From assembly GCA_024400545.1 (NCBI GenBank), contig JAKSMO010000003.1, forward strand, positions 1,170-65,169: a stretch of 64,000 nucleotides of DNA. The letters run 5' to 3'. The notes under the pieces are model-generated. The model did no database searches and was not told the DNA's origin. It was given only the letters and a program-made list of their open reading frames with translations. A program made the position numbers and the translations under genes. Origin of the DNA: Bacteroidales bacterium. Lineage in GTDB: Bacteria > Bacteroidota > Bacteroidia > Bacteroidales > P3. Positions 9,488 through 18,135 of this stretch are shown piece by piece (the first letter of the stretch is position 1; every line of letters starts with the position of its first letter).

Positions 9488-9970
9488 ATGAAAACGATAA
9501 AGATTACAAGCAAAACGTACTCCGGCCCCTGGGGTTTTCTGGCCCAGCTGGTGGTGATGACCCTGGCCGCAATACTGGCCACCCGGATATTGCCCGGCGT
9601 GCAGATTGACTCGGTGAAGGCCGCCATCCTTACCGCTTTGGTTATTGCGCTACTCAACAATTTCATACGTCCGATTCTGATTGTGCTGACGCTGCCGTTC
9701 ACCATTTTCAGCATGGGGCTGTTTCTGCTCATCATTAATGCCTTGATTATTATGATGGCAGCCGGACTGGTGCCGCAATTCCATGTGGAGAGCTTTGGTA
9801 GCGCACTGCTTTTCAGCCTGCTGCTCACGGTGCTGAACTATGTGCTGGAGATACCCAACCGACTGATGCGCCGCCCCACGTACCAACCCTCCGACAGCCA
9901 TACCACCGATGCCCATGTGGACACGGACGAGGATGGTTTTACCGAGTATGAAGAGGTGAAGGACGAATAA
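9488..9970 (+). CDS. Four-TM membrane protein, phage-holin-family-IV/YvlD-like
   Basis: The track ORF starts at TTG 9446, and the first ATG at 9488 gives MKTIKITSK. It has hydrophobic segments ..ALLNNFIRPILIVLTLPFTIFSMGLFLLIINALIIMM.. and an acidic C-terminal tail. Confidence 0.6.
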   Translation: MKTIKITSKTYSGPWGFLAQLVVMTLAAILATRILPGVQIDSVKAAILTALVIALLNNFIRPILIVLTLPFTIFSMGLFLLIINALIIMMAAGLVPQFHVESFGSALLFSLLLTVLNYVLEIPNRLMRRPTYQPSDSHTTDAHVDTDEDGFTEYEEVKDE

Positions 9971-10008
9971 ATAGGAACACAAAGTAAACAACTACAAATC
10001 AATAATAA

Positions 10009-10878
10009 ATGCAGATTATCACTACTGTGGCTGCCCTCACCGCAGCCATTGAGGAAGCTAAAAAGAGCAACAAGACTATCGGCCTTGTGCCTACTATGGG
10101 TGCCCTTCACGAGGGCCACCTTTCCCTTATCGAACGCGCTCGCAAGGAGAACGACCTTGTGGTGGTTTCGGTGTTCGTAAACCCCATTCAGTTTAACAAC
10201 CAGGAAGATCTGGCCAAATATCCCCGCACGGTGGAGGCCGACTGCGAGAAACTGCAGGGTGCCGGTGCCGATATAGCCTTTGTGCCCTCGGTGGAGGAGA
10301 TGTATCCTGAACCCGTGGAGACAGTATATCATTTTGGTCCTATCGAGGAGGTGATGGAAGGGCCTCGCCGTCCCGGTCACTTCTCGGGCGTAGCCGTGGT
10401 GGTGCGCCGCCTGTTCGACCTGACCCAGCCCAACCGCGCTTATTTTGGCGAGAAAGACTTCCAGCAGATTGCCATTATCCGCAACCTTCTGGAGCAGATC
10501 AAGTATCCCATCGAGCTGGTCCCCTGCCCCATCGTCCGCGCCGAAGACGGCCTGGCTCTGAGCAGCCGCAACATGCGACTCAGCGCCGAAGCTCGCGCCG
10601 TGGCCCCCAATATCTACGACACCTTGCAGCAGGCTGTGGAAATGAGCGAATGCGAGGATGTGGAAAGTGTGCACGACTGGGTGCTTGACACCCTGGCCAG
10701 TTTCCACGAGGTGAACGGCATTGACGAAAGTCTGAAATTTGACCCCGAATACTTTGAGATTGTGGACGACACCACCCTCCAGCCCATTACCGACTGGGAC
10801 GAAGCAAAAGGCGTTGTGGGCTGCATTACCGTATGGCTCACCGGAGTACGTCTGATCGACATGGTTCGTTTCCGCTAA
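10009..10878 (+). CDS. panC: Pantoate--beta-alanine ligase
   Basis: 289 aa. Motifs PTMGALHEGHLSLI and FGEKDFQQ are classic PanC motifs. Confidence 0.93.
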   Translation: MQIITTVAALTAAIEEAKKSNKTIGLVPTMGALHEGHLSLIERARKENDLVVVSVFVNPIQFNNQEDLAKYPRTVEADCEKLQGAGADIAFVPSVEEMYPEPVETVYHFGPIEEVMEGPRRPGHFSGVAVVVRRLFDLTQPNRAYFGEKDFQQIAIIRNLLEQIKYPIELVPCPIVRAEDGLALSSRNMRLSAEARAVAPNIYDTLQQAVEMSECEDVESVHDWVLDTLASFHEVNGIDESLKFDPEYFEIVDDTTLQPITDWDEAKGVVGCITVWLTGVRLIDMVRFR

Positions 10879-10887
10879 AAAACTGCT

Positions 10888-11328
10888 ATGCATATCGTTA
10901 TCATTAACGGACCCAATCTTAACCTCCTCGGCAAGCGTGAGCCTACCATTTACGGCTCACGCTCGTTTGAGGACTACTTGGAGCACCTCCACACCAGTTT
11001 CCCTGAGGTGGAAATTGAGTATTATCAAAGCAATGTGGAGGGCGAGATTATCAACAAACTACACGAAGTGGGTTTTTCGGCCAACGGTATCGTTCTCAAC
11101 GCCGGAGGCTACAGCCACACAAGCGTGGCCATTCACGATGCCATTGCCAGCATCGACACACCAGTAATAGAAGTGCACATCAGCAACATCTACGCACGAG
11201 AGCCGTACCGCCACAAATCGCTACTAAGCGATGCCTGCCAAGGCGTTATATGCGGATTAGGCCTGCCGGGCTACCGGCTGGCAATACAAAGCATTTTAGA
11301 AAGTGGAGAGTTGAAAATTGAAAGTTGA
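10888..11328 (+). CDS. aroQ: Type II 3-dehydroquinate dehydratase
   Basis: 146 aa, with MHIVIINGPNLNLLGKREPTIYG and HISNIYAREPYRH. Confidence 0.93.
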   Translation: MHIVIINGPNLNLLGKREPTIYGSRSFEDYLEHLHTSFPEVEIEYYQSNVEGEIINKLHEVGFSANGIVLNAGGYSHTSVAIHDAIASIDTPVIEVHISNIYAREPYRHKSLLSDACQGVICGLGLPGYRLAIQSILESGELKIES

Positions 11329-11380
11329 AAGTTGGCTGCCGCCCACGATACAATCTACAATCCGAATTCTACAATCCCAC

Positions 11381-12190
11381 TTACATATAGCAAGTGTTGA
11401 CGAAATTGAGAATACGGGGGCGCACATAGTCGCGTTCCTCAAGGTGAGACATGTGGGCAACATTGTCGAGCACCATAATTTCGGCATGACGAGCCTCCCA
11501 AGCCTGAGCCAGCCCTAATTCAATGGGAATGCGGGTGTCGTTCTTTCCGTAAACGAAGAGGATGGGCACCTCCAAATCCTGAAGCACATCAACCCGTGAC
11601 TGTCGCTCGAACATGCCACGCTGACTGGCTATAATGCTGGCCGCTTTGGTTTCGAGACACTGATCTTGAAGGTCTTTGATTTCCTGATTCATGGCCTCCA
11701 ACTTAGAGGCATCGAACAGCGAAGGAACAAAATTGACAATATAGCTGGCACGATTCTGATCCACCATATCGCAGGTGGCCAGACGGCGCTCCTTAATCTC
11801 CATCGTATCGGCAAAGGCATGAGAATGAAGCAGTCCCAAACCGCGCAGACAATGCGGGAAAAGGTGAGCAAACTCCAACGCCACATAGCCTCCCATAGAA
11901 TGGCCAATGAGCACGCACTGGTCAACGCCAGCATTGTCGAGCACGGCCTTCACAGCCCTTGCCATGAGGCCCATATCGTGCACTTCGCCAAAACATTCGC
12001 TATAGCCATGGCCGGGCAAATCGATTGTTATCACTCTCATCGATCGCATATACGACAGCACATAGGAAGTCCACACATCAAGGCTCTGAAGATAGCCATG
12101 CAAAAGCACCAAAGTCTGGTTGTGGCTACGACCCTCATCGCGATAATGCAGTGTATGTCCCTCAAATATAATTGTTTTATGCTGTTCCAT
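11381..12190 (-). CDS. Alpha/beta-fold hydrolase
   Basis: 269 aa, with the HG oxyanion motif LVLLHGY and the nucleophile elbow GHSMGG. Confidence 0.8.
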   Translation of the reverse strand: MEQHKTIIFEGHTLHYRDEGRSHNQTLVLLHGYLQSLDVWTSYVLSYMRSMRVITIDLPGHGYSECFGEVHDMGLMARAVKAVLDNAGVDQCVLIGHSMGGYVALEFAHLFPHCLRGLGLLHSHAFADTMEIKERRLATCDMVDQNRASYIVNFVPSLFDASKLEAMNQEIKDLQDQCLETKAASIIASQRGMFERQSRVDVLQDLEVPILFVYGKNDTRIPIELGLAQAWEARHAEIMVLDNVAHMSHLEERDYVRPRILNFVNTCYM

Positions 12191-12276
12191 GGCTTATTAA
12201 AATCTACATATTACAACTTACAAAAATACATATTTTTTTTGAACTATGAAAAAAATTAAATAAATTTTAAGATTTT

Positions 12277-15030
12277 TCAAAAGAAGCGGATACCGACACC
12301 CACCTGCGAGGGGTCGGTTTTGTGGCGCACATTGCCATAAGCCGAAAGGCGGATGCGCGAAGCATCCACACCGTAATCCACCAAGAAGGCCCTGATTGCT
12401 TTGGCTCGCTCCAACGAAAGGTCATAGCACTGCGAGTCGTCGGTGCCTTCCACATTCACCTCAATCTCAATATTGGTGGTGGTGCGCTGCTGCATGAAGC
12501 GACCCAGGTGACGCAACTCGGTTTCGGCCAACGACAACAAACGCGAAGTGCCCTCGTAAAAGCGCACCAACGGCAGAGGCAGGGCATTGGGCATGGACTT
12601 GAGCTGGTCGATGCCATAGGCCTGCAACGACAACTCGCCCGTGGCCGCGCCATCGATATAGAGTGTGGGGATATAGAGCCAATCGGACTCGGCCAGGATG
12701 GCATAATCCTTATTTTTGTAAAGTCGGTAAGTCATCACCGAATCGACCTGACGATCGGTGAGATGGCCTGTGGTTTGGTTGCGCCACACCAGAGCAAGGT
12801 CGATATTGCGCAACACATTGCGCACAGTACGCAGATCCACCTGCACGGTGCGATAGGCACTAGTGGTATCGTGCTGGGTGGCAAATGTGTAAACGGAAGG
12901 CTGCCCGCCCTGAGGCGAACGAGAGGTGAGCAGGATATGGCGTTCGTCGGGGAAGAAAGTGACCACCGACTCGTCGAAAGCACCATTCACATTGCGGCCC
13001 ATGTTCACAGGCTGAGACCAGTGGGTCCAGTCGTCGATATCGCTACGAGTAGCACAATACACATCGGCATAGCCCAACCCGCTGGCATCGGTAGCGAAAT
13101 AGAGGGTGCGCATATTGCGACTAAGGATAGGGCTGAGTTCGCAATAGGGCGAGTTGACGGTGATACCCAGATTGATGGCATCGCCCCAACGGCCCGAGGT
13201 GAAAGGAATGAAATAGATATCGGTAGCGGGTTTGTGGTCGCCATGGAAATAGGCACCCGACTGCTGCATATTGTGCCCCCCTGGGCGGTCGGACACCAGC
13301 AGCAGGCCAGTGCCGTCGGCCAGCATAAAGGCATCCTTTTCCAACGAAGGTGTGTTCACAGGATTAGGCAGATGCTGGTCGAGCCGCCAAACGGTATCGT
13401 TGAGCACACGCGCCGTCCAAATATCGCCACCCATGCCGAGAAGCACCTGGGTGCCATTGTCGAAGAAATTATAAGCCACCACATCGGAAGCAGTGCCTTC
13501 CACCGTTACTTTGCCATCCAGTTTCCACCCGCCTTTCTTGCCCGAAGTGTGCTTGGCATAGAAGATTGCGTTGTGGCCATGATGGCGACGCGTAAAATAC
13601 ATTGCCCCAGACGGATGCATTATGGCATGGCTGATGCTGTCGGCCGTAAGCTGCAGCTGGGTGGCCGGACCCGGATTGTTGCTCAAGAGCGAAGACAGCT
13701 CGTTGTATTCTTGGTTGGTGAAATCTTCAAAACTGAGTTCGAACTTCTGCATTCTGCGTTTGGCCGAAGCCCAGTCTTTCTTGGCAATCTGCTGTTGGAG
13801 CACACGTTGCAAGGCCACGAAAGCGATCCTGCGGCCTGTGAGCAGACGGATGACGGTGGAAAGGGTATCGAAATCAGACTCCACAAAAGGCTTCGACAGA
13901 TCAAAGGCATCAATCTTTCGGCCTTGCTCGATATCGGAGCTCACTGCCAATTGGTAAGGATAGTCGGGATACTTTGCCGCAAAGGCCTCAACAGGCTGCA
14001 AGTTTCCTTCGGCAGAAAACCAACTATAATATTCCTTAAATATAGAATAGTAGCCCTGGTCCAGAGGGAATTTTTCGAGATACAGTTGAGCGGCAGCCAC
14101 ATCGTGATTTTGGACAATCATCTGGCGGATACGTGCCAAAGCGCTGTCGGCCAAAGGGTCGTCAACATGACTTTCGGCAAAATCGGCCAAATCCTGGACC
14201 GAGGAGATGGAACCATAATCCACATCGCGCAGCTGTTGCAGACGTGCCAAAGCTTCTAAATAATCCACTCCACGAGGATATTTTTCCAGATAAGACGAGT
14301 ACGAATCGACGGTATTGGCCCTGCAGGCCTGGGCAAAAGCCATGCGACTTTTTTGTGCTACGGCGGCCTGCTGCACGGCACGGCTGACGCCATACACCGC
14401 CGCAAGGCTGTCGATTTCCTCTTCGCTACCCAAGGTGGATAACTGGCGTGCGGCCAACGGCAGGATCCGTGCCTCCACGCTGTCGGTGAATCGGGTAACG
14501 GGATTGGCCTGCAAAAAAGCGTAGTAGGCTTGCAGTGTGCCCTCGGCACAGGCGCGGGCATAAGTCTCTTCCAAGGCCTTAGAACGCAGATGCTTAACAA
14601 TTACAGAATTTTTGGGAAAGGCGGCCAACAATGCGTTGGCCTCGTTGGTGCGGATAGTCTGCACATTGGCAAGCACATAGGCCTCGGCCTGGCGCTCTAT
14701 TTGTTTGCTCTGTTCGCGAATAGTGGTGATTGTAACCCCTTTGCGAATAAGCTTGTGCACCTCGCTATAGGATTTGGGGTCTTGCACACGGGCGGTATAA
14801 AGCTCTTCGGCCTTGCTGATATAGCCTTTGGCCAGAGGCAGATAGTACTGCGGATTGAGGCTATCGGAAAAAAAGCCTGCCATGGCAATGAGATTAACCA
14901 CATTATCTGGATTGCGCGAATATTCCTTATACAGTTGCACATACCGCTCTTGATAGTCGATGGTCTTTTTCTGGCCCCTCATGGGCATGGCCGCAACAAG
15001 CACCAGCAATATGATTAATACCTTTTTCAT
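12277..15030 (-). CDS. OmpA-family protein with TPR-like and beta-propeller-like regions
   Basis: 917 aa with a signal peptide. The C-terminus ..LSLERAKAIRAFLVDYGVDASRIRLSAYG.. is OmpA_C-like. Confidence 0.7.
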   Translation of the reverse strand: MKKVLIILLVLVAAMPMRGQKKTIDYQERYVQLYKEYSRNPDNVVNLIAMAGFFSDSLNPQYYLPLAKGYISKAEELYTARVQDPKSYSEVHKLIRKGVTITTIREQSKQIERQAEAYVLANVQTIRTNEANALLAAFPKNSVIVKHLRSKALEETYARACAEGTLQAYYAFLQANPVTRFTDSVEARILPLAARQLSTLGSEEEIDSLAAVYGVSRAVQQAAVAQKSRMAFAQACRANTVDSYSSYLEKYPRGVDYLEALARLQQLRDVDYGSISSVQDLADFAESHVDDPLADSALARIRQMIVQNHDVAAAQLYLEKFPLDQGYYSIFKEYYSWFSAEGNLQPVEAFAAKYPDYPYQLAVSSDIEQGRKIDAFDLSKPFVESDFDTLSTVIRLLTGRRIAFVALQRVLQQQIAKKDWASAKRRMQKFELSFEDFTNQEYNELSSLLSNNPGPATQLQLTADSISHAIMHPSGAMYFTRRHHGHNAIFYAKHTSGKKGGWKLDGKVTVEGTASDVVAYNFFDNGTQVLLGMGGDIWTARVLNDTVWRLDQHLPNPVNTPSLEKDAFMLADGTGLLLVSDRPGGHNMQQSGAYFHGDHKPATDIYFIPFTSGRWGDAINLGITVNSPYCELSPILSRNMRTLYFATDASGLGYADVYCATRSDIDDWTHWSQPVNMGRNVNGAFDESVVTFFPDERHILLTSRSPQGGQPSVYTFATQHDTTSAYRTVQVDLRTVRNVLRNIDLALVWRNQTTGHLTDRQVDSVMTYRLYKNKDYAILAESDWLYIPTLYIDGAATGELSLQAYGIDQLKSMPNALPLPLVRFYEGTSRLLSLAETELRHLGRFMQQRTTTNIEIEVNVEGTDDSQCYDLSLERAKAIRAFLVDYGVDASRIRLSAYGNVRHKTDPSQVGVGIRFF

Positions 15031-15043
15031 AGCAGAATATCAG

Positions 15044-15574
15044 TTAAAATTTCAAACTACGCAATATGGCCTCAAACTCTTTCTCCATTTGCGGATAGGT
15101 GGCCCTTGTGGTCTCTAAGCGGAATTCCACCACCGTGTTCTGCACCTTGAAATACACCATGCGGAACTGATAGTCTTTCTTATCCTTCAGGTTGGTATAG
15201 GCACCAATGTAGCCCATGCCGCCAGTTTTAGGCAATCCAAGACCTTGCGTATAGTCGCTCAGCGACTGATAAGGCTCTTTATTGTAACGGTCGAAAACAA
15301 AGTCGAACACTTCGCCCGTGTAGTTCTTGCGAATATAGATGCGCAAGAAAGGCAAAGCGGTGTCGCCTTTGGCCACAATGGGTTTGGCCGTATAGCAGTA
15401 GAGGTACTGCATTGTGTTGGCATTGACTTTCTGCGAGCTGAGGTATTTCCATTTGGTGGGGAATTTATACTGCACCTTGGTGCCGGGAATGGCCACCTGA
15501 GCCTGCAGCACACCGCCACACAGCAGCATCAGCATCAGTCCACAAATCAAACGTACCGTTTTAAATCTTTTCAT
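15044..15574 (-). CDS. Hypothetical secreted protein
   Basis: The track ORF extends to 15682, but the plausible start is MKRFKTVRLICGLMLMLLCGGVLQAQ (ATG 15574), directly after the glycosyltransferase stop codon. Confidence 0.5.
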   Translation of the reverse strand: MKRFKTVRLICGLMLMLLCGGVLQAQVAIPGTKVQYKFPTKWKYLSSQKVNANTMQYLYCYTAKPIVAKGDTALPFLRIYIRKNYTGEVFDFVFDRYNKEPYQSLSDYTQGLGLPKTGGMGYIGAYTNLKDKKDYQFRMVYFKVQNTVVEFRLETTRATYPQMEKEFEAILRSLKF

Positions 15575-15575
15575 A

Positions 15576-16775
15576 TTATTCATGGTCAGAGATTTTATTA
15601 TAAAATTGCAACACGCGCTCGGTAAGGCGCTCGTTGCCATATTCCGAAGCAATGAGCGAGAAAGCATTTCGGCCCACGGCACTACAGTATTCGCGGTCCG
15701 ACACGCAGCGCTCTATCTGCTCCACAAACTGGCTAGGGGTGTCGGCAATCAGCAAATCATGCCCGTTGGTGTATTTGATGCCTTCGGCACCCACCGAAGT
15801 GGTTATCACCACCTTGCCGGCCGACATGGCCTCTATTATCTTCACCCTGATGCCGCTACCGCTAAGCAGGGGCACAACATTGATTTGCTTGGAAGCTATG
15901 AAGTACATGGCATCGGGCACTTCGCCCACCACCCGCACTCCGGGCATTTCCATGTTCGTCAACTCCGAAGGCATCTTGCGACCTGCCAGATAAAGCGTAA
16001 GCTGCGGCATACGCATGTGCACCTCGGGCCACACTTTGTCCAAAAACCATTTCACGCCCTCCTGGTTGGGCATCCAGTCCATCGACCCGATATGGAACAG
16101 CGTGTTCTCTTCGGCCTCCACCTGGGGAGCCCCTTCGGGTATGATGCCGAATGGCACCGACACGATGGGCTTGCGGCACCCCATCTCGCGGAAAGTCTGC
16201 GCATCGGTATCGGTAATACTCAGCACACCGTCGTAATCGTTCAGATGTTCGCACTCATAAGCCCTGAGCGTGAGCGACAAATGTTTGATATATTTGCGTT
16301 TGAGCAGATTGCGCTCGCTCTTGGCAATACGCTGCCATATCATGTGCTCCACATTATGGGCTCGAAGCATTATCTTGGCTTTGCTGTGTTTGCGTATCAC
16401 CGGCACATAGGGAGTGAGAAAAATGCTCTCCACATGCACTATGTCAAATTCTTCCTCGTCCAAAATCTTGCGTAAGCGGGCGGCAAAGTCGTTGCTCACA
16501 AAGCGTTTGACATGGTACGACTCGCCACACAGCCACGACACTCCGGCATCGAGCACATGAATACCCAAATCGACATGCACAGCCTCAAAACGAGTGGCAC
16601 GCAGATAGTCGTCGGTCATTCGGCCAGTCAACACCGGATGCTTGTCGCTGCACATCGACAGCACACGCACCTCGCAGCCAGCACCCAGCAATCCTTGCGT
16701 AATGCTGTTCATGGCCAATGTGCCGCCATCCACCGACGGATAAGGAGGTTTATTGCAAAGCTGAAGAACCTTCAT
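15576..16775 (-). CDS. Glycosyltransferase, GT4/GT1 family
   Basis: 399 aa. The C-terminal nucleotide-sugar binding region is ..VVPLLSGSGIRVKIIEAMSAGKVVITTSVGAEGI.. Confidence 0.8.
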   Translation of the reverse strand: MKVLQLCNKPPYPSVDGGTLAMNSITQGLLGAGCEVRVLSMCSDKHPVLTGRMTDDYLRATRFEAVHVDLGIHVLDAGVSWLCGESYHVKRFVSNDFAARLRKILDEEEFDIVHVESIFLTPYVPVIRKHSKAKIMLRAHNVEHMIWQRIAKSERNLLKRKYIKHLSLTLRAYECEHLNDYDGVLSITDTDAQTFREMGCRKPIVSVPFGIIPEGAPQVEAEENTLFHIGSMDWMPNQEGVKWFLDKVWPEVHMRMPQLTLYLAGRKMPSELTNMEMPGVRVVGEVPDAMYFIASKQINVVPLLSGSGIRVKIIEAMSAGKVVITTSVGAEGIKYTNGHDLLIADTPSQFVEQIERCVSDREYCSAVGRNAFSLIASEYGNERLTERVLQFYNKISDHE

Positions 16776-16796
16776 TTGATTTTAGCTTGTAGAATA

Positions 16797-16839
16797 TAGA
16801 ATGTAGAGTTTCTGCTGACACCAGTCACTCTACATTCTA
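16797..16839 (-). terminator. Hairpin downstream of the YitT-family gene
   Basis: The 13-nt arms tagaatgtagagt and actctacattcta flank a 17-nt loop. There is no clear T-run afterwards. Confidence 0.4.
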
Positions 16840-16854
16840 CAATCTCAAAAAATT

Positions 16855-17796
16855 TTATTCATTAGGCAGGGCCTTGAAGCCTTTACCCATAATCTCAGAG
16901 CTCTCGATCACGTTGACGAAAGCAGTGGGGTCGAGGCGGCGCAGATTGGAGCGGAGCTTCACAAAGTCGGCACGTTCCATAGTCACATAAATCATCTTGC
17001 GTTCCACACCATTGTAGAGACCCTCAACGGTGATGCAGGTACCGCCGCGATGCAGGTCGTTGAGCACATAGTTGCGCACTTCCTCCATGTGGTCGGTAAC
17101 GATGAATGCGGTCTTGTAGCTCTTGGTGCCATCCACCACGAGGTCAATAATCTTACCTTCAAGGAAGATAATGATGATGGAGTAGATAGGCAGGCGGATA
17201 TCGCCAAAAGCAATGAGGGTGGTGAGGGTGATGCAGCTATCCACAATCATCACAAGGGTGCCAAGGCTGATCTTGGTGTATTTGTGAAGAATCATGGAGA
17301 TAATGTCGCTACCGCCAGAGGTTGCGCCGGAACGGAAGATGAGGCCGATAGCCACACCGTAGATGATGCCGGCCACCACAGTGTTGAGGAAATAGTCGGG
17401 GGTGAAGAAACCGCCATCGTTGACGATTGCCACCATGGCGTCATTCAGCTTGGTGCTCTCAATCAAGCCGTCGTGGATAACGGGAGCATAACCCCAAGTA
17501 GCCTCCAACACCCAGGTAAAGAGGAAGATAAGGATGGTGGAAATGATGGTCTTGATACCGAATTTGGGACCGAGAATCCAAGTGCCGATAAGCAGCAGAG
17601 GTACATCCATGCAGATTGCATACCACGAAATTTTCCAAGGCCACAGGGTGTTAAACACGTTGGAAAGACCATAAGTGCCACCAGGAGCGAGCAGATAGGG
17701 GTTGACAAACATTACATCGCCAACAGCAAACAGGGCGCTACCCACAATGAGCAGCACATAGGCAATAATTTCTTGCTTTACTTTCGAATTGTCCAT
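16855..17796 (-). CDS. YitT-family membrane protein (DUF2179 C-terminal domain)
   Basis: 313 aa with multiple TM segments and a C-terminus ..TCITVEGLYNGVERKMIYVTMERADFVKL.. Confidence 0.75.
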   Translation of the reverse strand: MDNSKVKQEIIAYVLLIVGSALFAVGDVMFVNPYLLAPGGTYGLSNVFNTLWPWKISWYAICMDVPLLLIGTWILGPKFGIKTIISTILIFLFTWVLEATWGYAPVIHDGLIESTKLNDAMVAIVNDGGFFTPDYFLNTVVAGIIYGVAIGLIFRSGATSGGSDIISMILHKYTKISLGTLVMIVDSCITLTTLIAFGDIRLPIYSIIIIFLEGKIIDLVVDGTKSYKTAFIVTDHMEEVRNYVLNDLHRGGTCITVEGLYNGVERKMIYVTMERADFVKLRSNLRRLDPTAFVNVIESSEIMGKGFKALPNE

Positions 17797-18045
17797 ATAT
17801 TTTTTTATCTATTATTATTTACTTAATTGTCAGTGTGTATATTGCGCACTTAGCCCATATACAAACCAATTTGCAAAGTTACAAAAATATTTTGATTCTT
17901 GCACTTTCCCGCAACAAATATCTTTTGCACCTCCGCCCCACACCCACCTGTTATCCTAAAGTATAACGAGCGGAACTGGGGCGGAATCGCCCTGAGATGC
18001 CGGGGATTTTTTCGCTTAGAAACAACCTATGTCGAAAAAAATGCG

Positions 18046-18053
18046 TAAATTTG
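18046..18053 (+). promoter_or_regulatory. Bacteroidetes -7 promoter box (TAAATTTG)
   Basis: Matches TAnnTTTG, ~83 nt upstream of the uvrA-like ATG. Confidence 0.4.
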
Positions 18054-18135
18054 CAGTCTGAATTGCCCTCGCCATGCAGGCAATGCTTCGACTTGGAGGT
18101 CGGCATAAGTTAATATTAAAGAAAAAGTTAGGAGA

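Noticed and set aside
9488-9970. A holin-family membrane protein as a possible sign of a prophage.
   Set aside because: It is embedded between tsaC and panC with core-like composition. No phage structural, lysis or integrase genes are nearby. This family is widespread as a chromosomal membrane protein.
7443-15018. Long ORFs opposite the M64 peptidase, panC, hydrolase and OmpA-family genes (7443..8810, 9838..10893, 11666..12259, 12322..14259, 14530..15018).
   Set aside because: They are antisense frames of GC-rich genes that carry clear motifs on the other strand.
17915-18015. A possible small RNA upstream of the uvrA-like gene, with a tatcttttg box-like sequence, a GGGCGgaatCGCCC hairpin and ccggggatttttt.
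   Set aside because: The box does not fit TAnnTTTG exactly, and the terminator-like stem before the T-run is only ~3-4 bp. That is insufficient evidence without expression data.
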